DNA from: Ramazzottius varieornatus | Taxonomy: Eukaryota > Animalia > Tardigrada | Assembly: GCA_001949185.1 (NCBI GenBank) | Contig: BDGG01000003.1 | Coordinates: forward strand, 3,579,158-3,643,157 | Direction of reading: 5' to 3' | Length of the DNA stretch: 64,000 nucleotides | Part shown: piece by piece, positions 1 through 12,799 of the stretch | Layout of the letters: each line of letters begins with the position of its first letter | Position numbering within the stretch: position 1 is the first letter of the stretch | Translations under genes and position numbers: made by a program | Notes under the pieces: model-generated | Seen by the model: the letters and a program-made list of their open reading frames with translations, nothing else | The model's database searches: none | What the model was told of the DNA's origin: nothing

Positions 1-714
1 ACGCATCTAACGAGTGCTTCCCCGCAGATTGATCTTCTTGTATCGATCACCGGAAACGATGTTCAAGTGGACGAAGAACAAGTGAGACTTGCGGTTAGCA
101 ACGAGCCGTCGCTTCTTTTGATTCTGAAGGATCTTTCTCCAATTTGTGGAAGACTTGAGCCATTTCTGTAATATATTCCACATTTGCGTACGTTTTATCA
201 CGCAGACGGTCTCGTCTGACCCTAGTATTATTTCTTTGTCGCTCTGCATTACAGTCTTTTGTGATGTCGATTTTAGTTGTGATTTTTATTTTGGTATTGT
301 TTGACGCCATTCATCGTTCGAAGATTCTTTCTTCAAGATATCTTGGTGTTTAACACAACAGTTTTTTAGCCTGTTGTTTTTGATCGTTACGTATTTAAGC
401 TAGAGAAGTAATATAACCTTCCAATAACCAACAACCGAAAGAAGTATTTTTTACTTCGATTTGGGAAATAGCTGAATCAAAATCAACGACAAAGCCGCAG
501 GAATCATCAGTGCACAGACTGCAATACCTAATTAACCGTAGGGCTATACAACACAACAAAATCTACCAAATCAGAATCAAATCTTGAAGAATGAGCTATC
601 TCGCCACTTATAGCTGCTTTAATTAAAGGTCCCAAAGAAAAGAAGACTCAACTACCGTCCATTTTGACAATTTCACAGGTCACTTGATTCGTTCACCCGT
701 ACAAACTCGCGCAC

Positions 715-3397
715 CTAATAGTAACTGCTTCGGCCGTATCCGTAGTTCCCGTTGGAGGCTATACGAAAATACCTATCAGCCAACAGCTCATAATCCCACA
801 TTCGTTCGAACATTAGAAACAAAGGTGAGGGACTTACGTCCACCGCGGAATCCCTGCCCTCGACGGCCACCGCGACGATCCTCGCCTGGGATACCGGTTC
901 GGCCCTTGTAGTTCGGGTTATCCACGTGGAACACCCCGAAATCCGTATCCTCACCACTCTTATCACCGCTTCCGTCATGGTCTTGACCGTTTCCTTTAGA
1001 GCGAAATACTCGTTTAAAATATGATCCTTCCTGAATTCGAAAATGAAATCTTACCGTATGCCTGGCGGGTTTCCGTTTCGCCAAAACGGTCTCCACTGGT
1101 GCCACTTCGTTCCTTTCCTGAGCGATACTCCTGATCACCACCACGTCTGCCATTCTCTCCAGCAGCCTCATCAGGTCGTCGTTCGCCCCCGGGATACGCG
1201 TAGTGGCGACGGTCTTGGTTGTTGTTCTGATGATAGCCGCCTCGTCCTCTGCCGCGCGATCCATCGTTCATTCCACCGTTGTAACCGGGACGGTTGTCAT
1301 CCCTGTACCGGTTGCCGTTCTGCCGGGGCACTCGTTGATCACCTGCGGAAAAGTCTTGAGGAAAACCAAACACGAGAAGATATTTGGAAGCTCGGCCAGC
1401 AGACTGGACAAGATCGTCTGCCCATGTGACGCACGCTTCCAATCAATATCGCCAACAGCGTGCGCCACTTGGAGAAAACAATCTGGTAGACCTTCTTTAC
1501 TGAGCTCCAATCTCATCTATAGATGGAGCTTACCACTTCCACTTGCGTCACCCGGGTTATGGTAAGACTTGGAAGAGCTATCGTTGAGAGCTTTCTGCTC
1601 CACTGGCGCACGTCCGTTGCTAGATACGGGCTCTACAAACAAGTCCGATTGTATAGGGAATTAATGTTATATGAATTACCACATATGTGTATTACAGATA
1701 TACGTACGCCAGGCTGAGGAGTCTTTCGAGATTTGGTTCGAATGTTCGTTCTGCGAATCTCGGCGCGGATGAATGTTCTTGATCGTCTCAGGCGAGAAAT
1801 GGTCAATGTTTTGCATCACGTCCACCGGCTGCGTCGGCACCGAGTAGCTGGATGGCATGGGGGAAATCATCAAATGGCTGGCTGGTCCAGTACCAGCTGA
1901 AGGAACAGGAAGGCCGGTCTGGACATTCGACTGCTGCACAGGGTAACCAGCTGAAAAAGCACCACAACGAAACATAGGAAAGGTTCAGAGACCACTGAAA
2001 GCTTTATTACTCGAAGGAGCCAGATTGCTGTTTACGAAGGACATGCTGCGAAGTGGCTCGCCAGTTCCGTGTGGGAAAGGGAAACCACCTACGGAACGTG
2101 AGGCCTTGAACCCCAAAGGGCAAGCAAGGAAAACAAAAGGTGATAAGCTTTCTACAATACCTGGGGCCGAGCCAGTAGTCGGGAAAACAGGCGATTTGGA
2201 ATGGACATCACCGTGCTCTGCAACAAAACAGTTTGACACAGTCGGCAAGACTATCTGCCTTCTTCCCATGAACCTGCATACGAACAGATCATGATAACTA
2301 ATCAGAGCGGCTGTATGCTGGTTTATGAAAGATCAGCAGTTCTGTTTGCCAAACTCCCACGGAGGTCGAGATTACTCCAAACAAGTTAACAGATCAAGCC
2401 ATCATTTGTGGATACCTTTTTGCAGTACTGCTACAGAGTATTGAGTGACTGACAGGGTTTGGCCAGTGTGTTGCGAGGAGATCGTGCTGGAGCGCGAGCG
2501 ATCTTGGACTGCCGCCGGCGACTTCTGCACCTGGCTCGGTCGAGCAAACAGCTGCGCAGAGTGCTGGACGAAATACTGAGACCCAACAAGGCGTTCCAGG
2601 AGCTCCTTCGCTTGAGAGACGGGTTCATCCAGGAACTGCACAGCTCGACCACTAACCAAGTTGAGCTGCTGCTCGGCGACGTGCTTGAGAAACTCATCGA
2701 AGCTCTGGAATTTGTTTGTTGACGAGAAGTCCGAATGTGAGGGGAAAAGAATCTTTCGTAGGGAGTTTAGACTTTGGTGGTCAGCCTCTGTTAATGGAGC
2801 CTAAGCAGAAGAAAGCATATGAAATAAGAAATCTGCGCCGGAAATGACTGACGAGATTTTCGATAAGTTTTTCGCTAAGAAACGAACTCGCCATAAAACC
2901 AATGCTTCAACGTCAAAAGCTATCTTCGCCTACTGTTGCACTTCTGAAGAATGTTTACCTCGTTTGCGTCAATGAACTGGTTCGGCTCTGCAGCTCGAAC
3001 GACAGCGCGATACTTCTCCAAAGCAAGGAAGCGATCGGTCTCGGAGCTTTCCTGCTTCTTCAGGAACTTCTTGTAAGCCTTCTCCACGTCCGTTGAGCTT
3101 ACTTCGAGCTGCTTGTGTAGCTCGCGGAATGACTCCAGCTGCTGGCTGATATCTTCGTATCGAGCCAAAGCTTGCTGTAATCAAGTGATCATTGTTACCG
3201 CGATTACTATTCCAAAAATTCCTACTCACCGCTTGGTCCTCGTTAAGAGGCTTTCCGCTCTTCTTTACATCAGAACGGAGAGTATCCAGCTTGGTCTTTT
3301 TCTTCTCAAGGTTTCGGATCTTCTTCTTGAGTTCGGTCAGGCTGTTGGTGATGGGTTCAACGATGTCGACTTCGGCGACGTCCGACTTCTGCGCCAT
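715..3397 (-). CDS. CAPRIN1: Caprin family RNA-binding/stress-granule protein (multi-exon)
   Basis: Spliced N-terminus KKKIRNLEKKKTKLD...LNEDQA|QALARYEDISQQLESFRELHKQL matches caprin HR1. C-terminus is RGG-rich (GRGRGG, RRGGRRGQGFRGG). GT-AG introns; ATG 3397, TAG 715. Confidence 0.8.
1384..1510. repeat. Intronic 12-N25-12 hairpin copy 1 (caprin intron)
   Basis: CATGTGACGCAC(1423)-25nt-GTGCGCCACTTG(1471). Confidence 0.8.
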
Positions 3398-4083
3398 GAT
3401 GTCTTGGCTGTCTGGCGTCAGTGCTGGATCCACGAACAGCTACCCAGCCACAACGAACTGTCAGTTAGACTGGAGAGGTCAGAAAACGCGAGAGTTCTGC
3501 TAAACAAGTGGGAAAGCGGATGTGACTGAGATGGCCCTAACTTCAAGTTTTTCGATTTTCGAACCTAGACGAGCTGCTGAACATGGCCTTGCTTGGCATT
3601 GATTGCAATTGAATGCTGCCTGAGCTCGCGCTTGATCAGTTGATAGACACCACAAATAGTTTGTGCAAGAGCATAGTCAGCAGCTCGTTTCTGCTTTCGA
3701 ACTTCTGTCTTTTGAAGTTTCTCATCAGATACCGTACGGCCTGCCATAGACGTTCGTAAGAAAACAAATAAAGGGGGTCTGGCGGAAGATTGATCCACCG
3801 ATCCTCAGCATCACACTTATAGGACCTGGGTGACTCCAGACACAAACTGCGCCGGCCACATCTGGGTGATTAAGTTGTCATATCACCTGGATGGCATGTC
3901 CTGTGTGGAACCACAGGTTCGAATTGTTCAGTACATCCCAAAAATTCTGAATTCGACCGGAAGTTCGGAAATGACATCAAACCAGTCTAAATTGGGTTTG
4001 TGTCGTGGACGTCGGCCGAGGATCGGGTATCCCTGCTGTTGAACATAGGCTTGTGACAAAGAGGACGCAGTCTTGAAATAATC

Positions 4084-5076
4084 ATGGATCATCCAATAGT
4101 GGTAAGTACGAAAGCATACGTTCTGACCCCTTCCTACCGAGGCCCAGGTTTATCACATTTTGTTGGGCTGCAGGTGCAGTATCTATGTTATCTCAAGCTT
4201 CAGATGGTACTGTTTTTCAGGAGCCGAACATGTACGCGATTAAGGCTATGCTGATTCTCGATGGCGACGGAAATCGATTAATCGCCAAGGTTTGGTCCTT
4301 ATACGCGGTGTTACGTTGACCAGCTATCCTTAATGATCTGGTCTTTCGACAGTACTACGATGAAACATTCCCTTTGGTGAAGGAGCAGAAGACGTTTGAA
4401 CGGAATCTGTTTAACAAGACGAGCAAAGGCAGCGGTAACCTATCGGACTTTATGGCAGTCGCCCACTGATGTCGAGAATTAATATTTCTCCTATAGTCAA
4501 GTTCCTTGTTACAGGTGAAATCATCCTTATCGATGGACTAACATGCGTGTACAAGAGCAACGTGGATCTATTTTTCTACGTGATAGGAAGCAACAAAGTG
4601 AACGAGGTGTGTGATTTTTAAATTTGTATCCTTCGATGTATGGGAGCTGACGCTGGGACGATCGTGTCTGAACTCTTGCTTGTTCTGTACTTTCAGCTCC
4701 TTTTGACACAGACCTTGACGTGTCTGTACGAATCCGTACAGAAGGTGCTCGGAAAGTGTTTTGAGAAGCGGGTTTTCATGGATAATCTTGGCTCCATCTT
4801 CCTGATCCTTGACGAAATTGTGGACAGCGGGTAAGTTTGTCCGGAAGTCTTCCGAAGAGTTCTACAAAAGGATCATACGGTCCATGTGACATATAAGTTG
4901 AACTGTGTTTGATTATTCTATGGCTGGCTTTTAGGATTGTTTGCGAGACGGATTCGAGATCAGTAATACAGCGCGCCTCAATACGGACCGAAGAGCAGCA
5001 GCCGCTTGGAGAGCAGACCGTCGCCCAAGTACTACTGTCAGCAAAGGAGCAGCTGAAGTGGAGCCTTTTGAAGTAA
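4084..5076 (+). CDS. COPZ1: Coatomer subunit zeta (6 exons)
   Basis: Spliced MDHPIV|[23 protein letters not shown]|YYD...|[26 protein letters not shown]...NE|...[10 protein letters not shown]|IVCETD...[21 protein letters not shown]. Confidence 0.95.
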
Positions 5077-5452
5077 AACTGCGACCCAATCGCTGGAATA
5101 TTTGATCGTCCATTTCCAAAGAACCGACATTGCCGTGAGTTATATGCGCTTTTGAGAGAACTTTAGTACGTGCCACGCTATTCGACACTTTCGGGAAGTG
5201 TGGTTCATCCGACCGCAATGTTCTTGACGATTTCCTCACTGTTTAAGTTTGACTGAAACATTTGTTCCTTCTGATAAAATTGTTCCATGCAGAATGCTCT
5301 TTGCATTGGAGTCAATGCACCGAAATTCAGTCACGGGTGAATTCTACATTCAAGAATTGTCTCCGTAACGCCTTTTACGAAATTTCTTGCAGTAAGCGAA
5401 GATTTGTAGCGCCACCTGTGAGATGGTGATTACGGCGTTGCGCCCAGGAAAA

Positions 5453-6590
5453 ATGAAATTCGAACCCTTTTTCGTCCTGATCATTGCTAGGTACGGTCCA
5501 CAAGAAGCTTTACTAGATTGTAACCATATTACGTCTGGATTCAATATGCAAAAACGTTGCTATATCTTAAAGCTATGTGGTCTGGCTGTATCAGAGCGCG
5601 TTTGCGGCAGGGGTCAGTTCTCAGTTGTGTATGCCGCATATGACGTATTTGCAGGTTGTCGAGAAGTGGCCGTCAAATGTATCCGTAGAGTTGAAAGTTC
5701 GCCAATCAGAACTCAAGATATTATTCGAGAAGCTGTTATTTGGAACATGGTGGAACATCCCTTCATTGTTTCGTACCTTTTCGATATAGCTACTCCGAGA
5801 TTTGTCTACAGGGTCCTTGAGTATCTGCCAGGACCCACCCTCTTCGAGTTCATACAAAGCCAGTCTGACAAGCCGATTGAGAAAGACCTTGTCGGGATAT
5901 GGACATGGCAGTTAAGTTCTGCTGTCGAATACCTTCATGGCACATCTGTCTGTCACCGGGACCTCAAACTGGAAAACATCCTGGTCGACATTGCAGTACG
6001 GACTGTCAAGTTGACTGATTTCGGCTTCGCCAAAAAGGTTCTACCTGGCCAGAAGGAAACTCGTTGCTGTGGATCGATTGGTAGATCTCACAGATAATTC
6101 TGTCGGAACTGTACGTTGGTTCGCGATTTTTAAACATAGACATTTATTGCCCGAAGGTTTTCCAGCTTATTCATCCCCTCAAGTTCTTCGCGGAGTTCCT
6201 CACGACGCGCTGGCAGCCGATGTGTGGTCTCTTGGATGTGTCTTTTACGGAATAATGAATGGAGCTCTTCCTTTCGATGAGGATCTCGGAATCGACAGAC
6301 TGTTGCGGTGTCAAAGGAAACTCCACTTGCAGTGGAGGTACGGCGGCAGGTTCAACCGGAAGTCGAGGTCTCTGATCGAGAGCATGCTGTGCTACGAAGA
6401 AAGTGTGCGGCCATCCATGACCGAAGTACTTTACTCCTCGTTTGTTCAGTGTGGTATGCAGTTGCATGAATCGACATCAACAACGCTGGGCACAAAAGGC
6501 CGAACGGAATTTGTAAACAACACTCCAGCTGATAAGGACAGGTGTCGGCACATTCTCCAACCTTCGGAACAGCACTGTGACATTTTATGA
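5453..6590 (+). CDS. Ser/Thr kinase, CAMK group, TSSK-like
   Basis: GRGQFSVV, VAVK, HRDLKLEN, DFGFAK, CCGSI|AYSSPQ, DVWSLG, LPFDE. Intron 6081-6165. Start codon uncertain (5423/5453/5546). Confidence 0.8.
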
Positions 6591-6596
6591 TCAGTA

Positions 6597-9275
6597 CGAG
6601 GTGAAAGTTGTAAATTTAGCCGCCCCATACCGGGTTTGTAAAGTTAGCCACCGCTGCGGTATGTGGTGGCGCACAGGCAGTGCCGTAGTCTTAAGTCGCG
6701 GCATAGCCGATACCGCTTTTTAAAACTGTAGTATAGTAGATACCGCTCCTGCAGTCTGCAGGAGGCCGACATCTCTGTAACTGGACCATCCATTACAAAA
6801 ACAGCACCTCGGCTTTATAGAAACATTTAACAGGTTAGTCATCACAACACTAGATTTCGACGACGAAATACTCAGGTAATATGAGAGGTGAAACAGGGGA
6901 ACCCGCACTAGATTTACAATTGAAGAACTAGAGCATTCTAGGCTTTTTCGCAGCACGCGTCCGTCTGGCAGGAACACTGTGCGTCACTTCGTGGGGAACT
7001 TCGGCAGGTTCATGGCTCGCTGAGGTTTTTCGCTTTACGGAACGAGACTTTCTGATCCGCGCAGTGTTTGCAGCTTCAGTCACAGCTCCGGACATCTCCT
7101 GACATTCCTCTTGACTTCCTTTTGACTTCCGTTTAGCCAGTTGAGCAGCCTTAGCTGCTTTCACAGCAGCACGCTTCGCGGCTTGGTCTGACTGGAAAGT
7201 GGGCTCGTTGGTCAATCCTCCAGCGTCGAGGTTGAGGTGCTCGTTCTTTTCTCGGCGGACTTTCTTTGGTGCTGCGCTGAACAGCGATGCCTGGAGGGAA
7301 GCGGCCAGTACGGCGCCCGGCGTTACTCCTCGTTGCTTCAGTTTGATGAAATCTAGAATATCTTCTCTGTCTTTCTGTCCAGCAATGTCAAGCTCGTCCT
7401 TCAGCGTCTCAGTTAAACTATCAAAGATGGACTGATAGTTTTTCGAAGCGGATTCCGCTGTACTGACAGGACTTTCAGGGCAATGTCGAGTCTTCACGGT
7501 GCCGCGAATTCTGGACTGAACGGGAAGAGCCCAGATTTTCGAAATCCGGATATGAGATTCGGACCCGCGTTGAAAGCGTGTTGCGGACCACAGCTTGACA
7601 AGATGAGAAAGCAGATTATCTTTCGTCACCTAGAACGGACAACATGACATAATAACTACTCGTACTTAGATTTCAGTAAAACAGAAAAAAATTCTCACTA
7701 GTCCTCCTGGCATGTTATGGCGGTATCGAAGGTATTCTCCCTAAGCTCTTTTGACTTGTCCAAAGACGGATATATCGAAGGGCTGAAGGTGGCCAGTCTG
7801 TCCAGCAGGCAGAGCGAACACATAGACGATTTTGCCGGTTTCCGCCTCAAACTCAGTGATATACTTCATCAGAGTGAAGTTGTTGACGTGCGAGAAATGT
7901 CCGTCCACGAAAATTACATTCTGCAATACAATACGCATGACGTCATGACTCCAACCCTTCCAGGATCACAGAAATCAGACCACACGGCGTAATGACATAG
8001 TGCGCAACTTGACTGGGTAGATAGTGCTTACCTTTGTTTTGGTCATTGCGGGAAAAACCACCATCTTGAGGTAATTGGCGAAGTGCAGTTGGTCCATAGT
8101 CCTAGAAGCGTTCACTCCTTGATAGCAGTGACCACCAATACCATCCACTCGAGAACGGACGTGCAGTTTTCCGGAGAAGAGAGCCATAAACGGAAGCTGG
8201 AGTCCGGCCGCATTACCACAGGGTAAAATGGTACCCAACTCTTTTTCCGTTCCGTCAAATTGAGAGTAGATCTGCCTCATCCCCTTTCGTCCAACCACCC
8301 TGTCGAACATCTCCGCTGTGTTGAAGGCTGACTTATCCAAATTCCACACCTGTTCTGGCTCCTCGAGGAATCCTCTATCGTAGAGGAACTCAGTCAGCTT
8401 GCTGATGTACTTCTCCACCAGTTCATGTGTCCATTCTCGGTCCTTCTTCCGATTGCTTGCGTGGGTTATCCGCATGGATAAATTTGGATGTCGCTTGAGG
8501 AAACGGCGGAAGTGCTGGTTGTTGAAGGCTTTGTACTTAAGACCTGTAAACGCAACGGGAATCCTAAAATATTTAAGTAAGATGGAAAACAGACTCACGA
8601 TAGATTTTACTCGCTTACCAAGTCGAATGTTCATTTCAACGATTGCCGCGGCACAATGCTGTCGGTTCAGAGGGATTCCCGTGTCGGAGCAACTCAGCAA
8701 GAAGTCTACTAGAGCTTCTTCTTCATGAGGAGGAATTTTCGGCTGCCGTCCACGACTTCCGGTGTGTCGATCATTCAGCCGATTACTGAGTGTGCGACGA
8801 TTAACTCCATACATCTCGGCTGATTTCCGCTCGCTCCACTTCATCTCCTCCACCGCATGCGCCGCTGCTTCCATGGTTAGGTGAGCATGAGCTTCTGCTG
8901 CCGTCTTAAGCTTAGGCAATGCCATTTTTTATTCACGATGAACTAACCAGAAAATACTGCAGTAAGAATTTGGCCCTGCCGTATGAAATGAAATTACGTT
9001 GTCGATTAAATCTACGTCGCAAGTGCCTCTACCGGCCTTGATTTCGTTTCCGGTCCAGGCTCTTTAACATAGGACTTCATCGTTCTCTCAGTTGGGTATC
9101 TTCCTGGTTTCTCGATCCCTTACGTTGATCGCAACTAGCACCATTCGACAGCCTATCATTTTATCTACCGTTTTATCTACAAACATTCGGGAACAAGTGT
9201 CACAAAACGAGCGAATTCCAACGGCTAACTTTACAAACCCGGTATGGGGTGGCTAAGTTTACAACCTTTCCCTCG
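6597..9275 (-). mobile_element. pogo/Tigger-like DNA transposon with ~53-bp TIRs and TA TSD
   Basis: TIRs 6597-6649 and 9223-9275 (inner 20 bp CCGGGTTTGTAAAGTTAGCC perfect), flanked by TA at 6595-96 and 9276-77. Encloses a transposase gene. Confidence 0.92.
6928..8925 (-). pseudogene. pogo-type DDE transposase (HTH + CENP-B-like + DDE_1), spliced, with premature stop
   Basis: YGVNRRTLSNRL HTH; VWNLDKSAF, FVDGHFSH and LQPFDISVF catalytic motifs; in-frame TAG at 7741-7743 (VKRA*GEYL). Confidence 0.8.
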
Positions 9276-9832
9276 TAGGGGCAAGAAGGAGGAAGTTGAA
9301 ACATGCGGTAGTGTTTGGACGAGCTTGGTGGAGTAAGAAGTCACGCTCGAATGTTTGATACCCATATAGGAATGGAACGTGTGGACCTCACGCATCAACG
9401 ATATCTCGTCGCATCCATTTTTTCTGTCTTGCAGTTGGCGCATCAGTACGCGCGAACTTTGTTCGTCCTGGACCGTATGGGCAGACGCACTTTCAAGCCC
9501 TTCCTTGAATACTTCTGGCTATGCTAAAAGTTGTTGACTATACTAAGAGTTATACCGCTTTTAGATGGCGTGCGGAGGTTTTGCAGGCTGACGGAAACGC
9601 TGACGGGATACTTCATTACGTCTGCCTTGCTGCGTTCGGCTTAGCCAGTGAGCCCTTTTGTCGAGCCAGCAGGTCGGGCGAGCCACTTTTCTGTAACTTC
9701 TTCGAGGCGTTACGCCTTCACGACCAGCTCGCGTAGACAAAGTCGGACGACGTGACTTTCATCTGGTCGTCTGCAGCTCGGATGAAATTTTAGCTTATCG
9801 AAATCTTTGGCAGAATAATCACGTTTTAGCTA

Positions 9833-9989
9833 CTGTATGCCCCCGATATCTTCGCGAATCCCGTTACTCGTGGCGCCACATACAGGATGTACGTTATCCA
9901 TACATGTGCGCCTATCCGCCGTACGTCAGGTACGTTTCGTAGGTGGCGCCACGGGTATCAGGCTTCGCGGAGATATCGGAGGAATACAG
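9833..9989. mobile_element. MITE (CTGTATTCC-TIR family), TA TSD
   Basis: ~47-bp imperfect inverted arms CTGTATGCCCCCGATATCTTCGCGAA... / ...TTCGCGGAGATATCGGAGGAATACAG flanked by TA. TIR resembles that of the 17679 element. Confidence 0.85.
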
Positions 9990-10466
9990 TAACTACGTGC
10001 GCTCCTTACATACTAGTGTATGTACGACTCACTGGGCCTTACATAATTCGCGCCAACCGGAGGACGGGGTGTCTATGTTGTACGATAATGGTCTTGCCCA
10101 ACAAGATAAGCGGTAAACATGCGGATGCGAGTGGCGTTCAAGCGAAGTGGTCTGCCGCGGTGTGAAACTCCCAGCCAGCATCAGTGCACAACAACAACAT
10201 CACTACATCAGCCAACAAAGATGGCTTTTGCAGTTTGAGCAGTCTTCTTCGTTCTCCTTTTCCTTCCGCGATCCCCTTCAAAGTCATCCTTGTTGAACCT
10301 CGGAAGCATCCTCCTGGTCCATCCGTCTTCGTGTTACGGTAACCACCACTTGCTGATTGAAAGCTTGGCAAACAGAAGCACTGCGGTACTGTTCGTTCTC
10401 TTTTAAGTGTGTGTTGCACTGTGACGGTTGCCGCCATCGTGTTTGCAGGTGCTCCCTTTCAGAAGG

Positions 10467-12252
10467 ATGGCGTTTCGAGGCGAACATCTGCTGGACATTC
10501 TGCTCCTCGTTACAGCGGCTCTCGGCACTGAAGGCGCCGAACCAGAATGCAGTGCCATTATAAGCGAAATCAACCCCGGCAATCCCGACGTCAAAGGAAC
10601 ATCTTCCGAAGAGACGGGCGAATTCCTCGAGCTGGAGAAGACCTGCTCCGGAAAGAAATTCACCTTCGCAGATTACTCGATCGTGGTTTGGAAAGCGGGC
10701 AAGAACGGCGAAGCGAAGGCCGTCCTGAAGTTGTCCCTGGCAGCTTACAATCTGTCCGTCAATGATCAGTACTTGGTTCTCGCCGGACCACAGCTCGCCT
10801 CCAGACTTCAAGGAGTAACCAAAGCAAAGGTGGTGTCGTTCAGCCAACAGACTATCCCAGGTTGATACCACATCTTCATTGTGATAATTTATACTTTCGC
10901 ACCTTTTTCTGGGACGTCAGGCGTCGTCAGCAAATGAACTGAAAATGGCCTTATCTCAAGTGGCGCACTTTGCTCCTGTTATTGGCTATAATTGTGCGCC
11001 ACTTGGGGAAAACGATCGTGTTCCGGTCATTTGCCGACGTCCCGTTCACATAATGTTTTTACAGGTTGGGACAAGAAGGAAACTGATTTTATGGAGAACG
11101 GGAGCAAAGGTGTCATTGCTTGGGTCTTGTACAAGATGCTCAACCTAGCTTTCCTGCCCGATAATACCATCCTGTCTGAGAAAACCGCAAACGTCGACAA
11201 GATCGTGGACCTGGTCCTCTACCATCGAGGTGGCTCCATCAGCCAGCCCATGGTCCGCACTCTGATGCCAGGATATGCGCTGAAGAAGGTCGATCTTGAC
11301 GAAGCCGCGGTGTTGAAAGATCTTGACAAGAAAGGCAGTGCAGATGACAAGTCTTTGAGCAATTGTTGTGGGCAACCTCTGCAAGCAAAATGGCCATTGG
11401 CGTTTCAGCATGTCCAGGGTGAGCTCTCTTCTCTTGGCCGAAATTTCCGATCTTGAGGATTCGGCTGAACTGGTCACGAGTGTAATTTTTTTCGCAGTTA
11501 CTCCCGGAGCCGAAAATTTATGCACGGGAGACGATCACGCAAATTTCCTCCTGAACAAACTAGGAGCTGGCAAGCTGGAAAAGAAGGATCGATGTAATAA
11601 GGATTATGTCCTGAAGTTCGATCCGCCGGAGGTCAAGCAGAAAAAGGCGAAAGGTACGATCCGTTTTGAAGACCCATTACACTCGCTTTGTGATCTTACT
11701 GAACTGTTCGGTGTCTGCAGTGGACGAGTCAATCAAGGAGAAAACTCCCGGCATGGTTTTGAAGGTCGCATCGGGCTTGCAAGAAGGTGTCAAGAGCGAA
11801 GTGCATCACCTGGTGGACACCGGCAAGAGCGCTGTGGAAGGTTGGTTATTTGCTATCGATATCAAACAGGAAAGATCTCTGGTCAACTTTCGAACCTTGG
11901 TCATCCGCTTTCGTAGAGTCCATTGAGCAAACCACGAAGCAGGTCACCTTACTGGCCTCCATCGTCGGAACCATCGTCATAGTCCTCGGATTGATAATTC
12001 TTGGAGGTTCTTACCTTTATATCCGTAAACGAAAGTAGGTGTCTTTTCCATGAACCGAACCAACTCGCTGCATTCAGTTTTATTCGTTGTCGTTATTTTT
12101 GTACTGTATATAGGCTCCAACCTGTTCAAAGGACTCGTGCTCGCTATAACCTGGGTTTCGGCCGTCGCCCGCTAAACGTTGCTGATAGCGAGACGGAGTA
12201 TGAGTCTGTTCTCGACCGCGAGGAAATCCTTTCTCGAGCCAGAGTTCCTTAA
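10467..12252 (+). CDS. Type I membrane protein with N-terminal lamin-tail-domain-like motif (multi-exon)
   Basis: Signal-like LLDILLLVTAALG; IISEINPGNP...EETGEFLELE motif; TPGAEN motif; TM LLASIVGTIVIVLGLIILGGSYLYI followed by RKRK. GT-AG introns, e.g. 10861-11064. Confidence 0.7.
10910..11044. repeat. Intronic hairpin copy 2 (lamin-tail-like gene intron 1)
   Basis: CAAGTGGCGCAC(10957)-25nt-GTGCGCCACTTG(11005); ends TGGGACGT...ACGTCCCG. Confidence 0.9.
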
Positions 12253-12799
12253 TCTTCCATCGCTCTTGTTGTACAGTAGAAGCTGAAGTTCTCTCCGTCT
12301 TTTGCGGTTAGATGTTTTACCGGGCAGAACGAAAACTGCCTTTCCTATGTCCCTTCCTTGTTAGTTTGGTTTTTCTTTTGTTTTCGATCTTTTACGTACT
12401 GATTTTCCTTGGTTTCTACCAAAGATTAGACTTTGTTGTAGGCTTAAGTTCTTCGTGAAGTTTTTATCTCACGTTTGTGGTGCTTTTTTGCCGGAAGGAA
12501 GTGCCAGGTTGAAATACCAGTGCGAGCCGGTCGACTTGGGTTTCTCACGATCAAAGTACAGTCTTAGCTTGATTGGGTCGTATGTAAAGTTGTTGATTGA
12601 CGGCTGTGCGGGATTAGCAGCTTTCACTTCCGGTTGAACGACTTGAATTTCTCCTCGGATCTTATTTTGTCATCTGTTGCTTCGGCTTTTCGCATTCTGG
12701 CTTTCCTTCTGGGAACGGCTATGCACCCTAGATCTTAGCTGTGGGGAAACATAACAGGGCTCCCGCTAGTGGAGAAAACGAGAAGGGATCACGTGAGGA

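Noticed and set aside
1-310. Short minus-strand ORFs at the window start
   Set aside because: No recognisable domain or convincing splice structure, and the region is truncated by the window edge.
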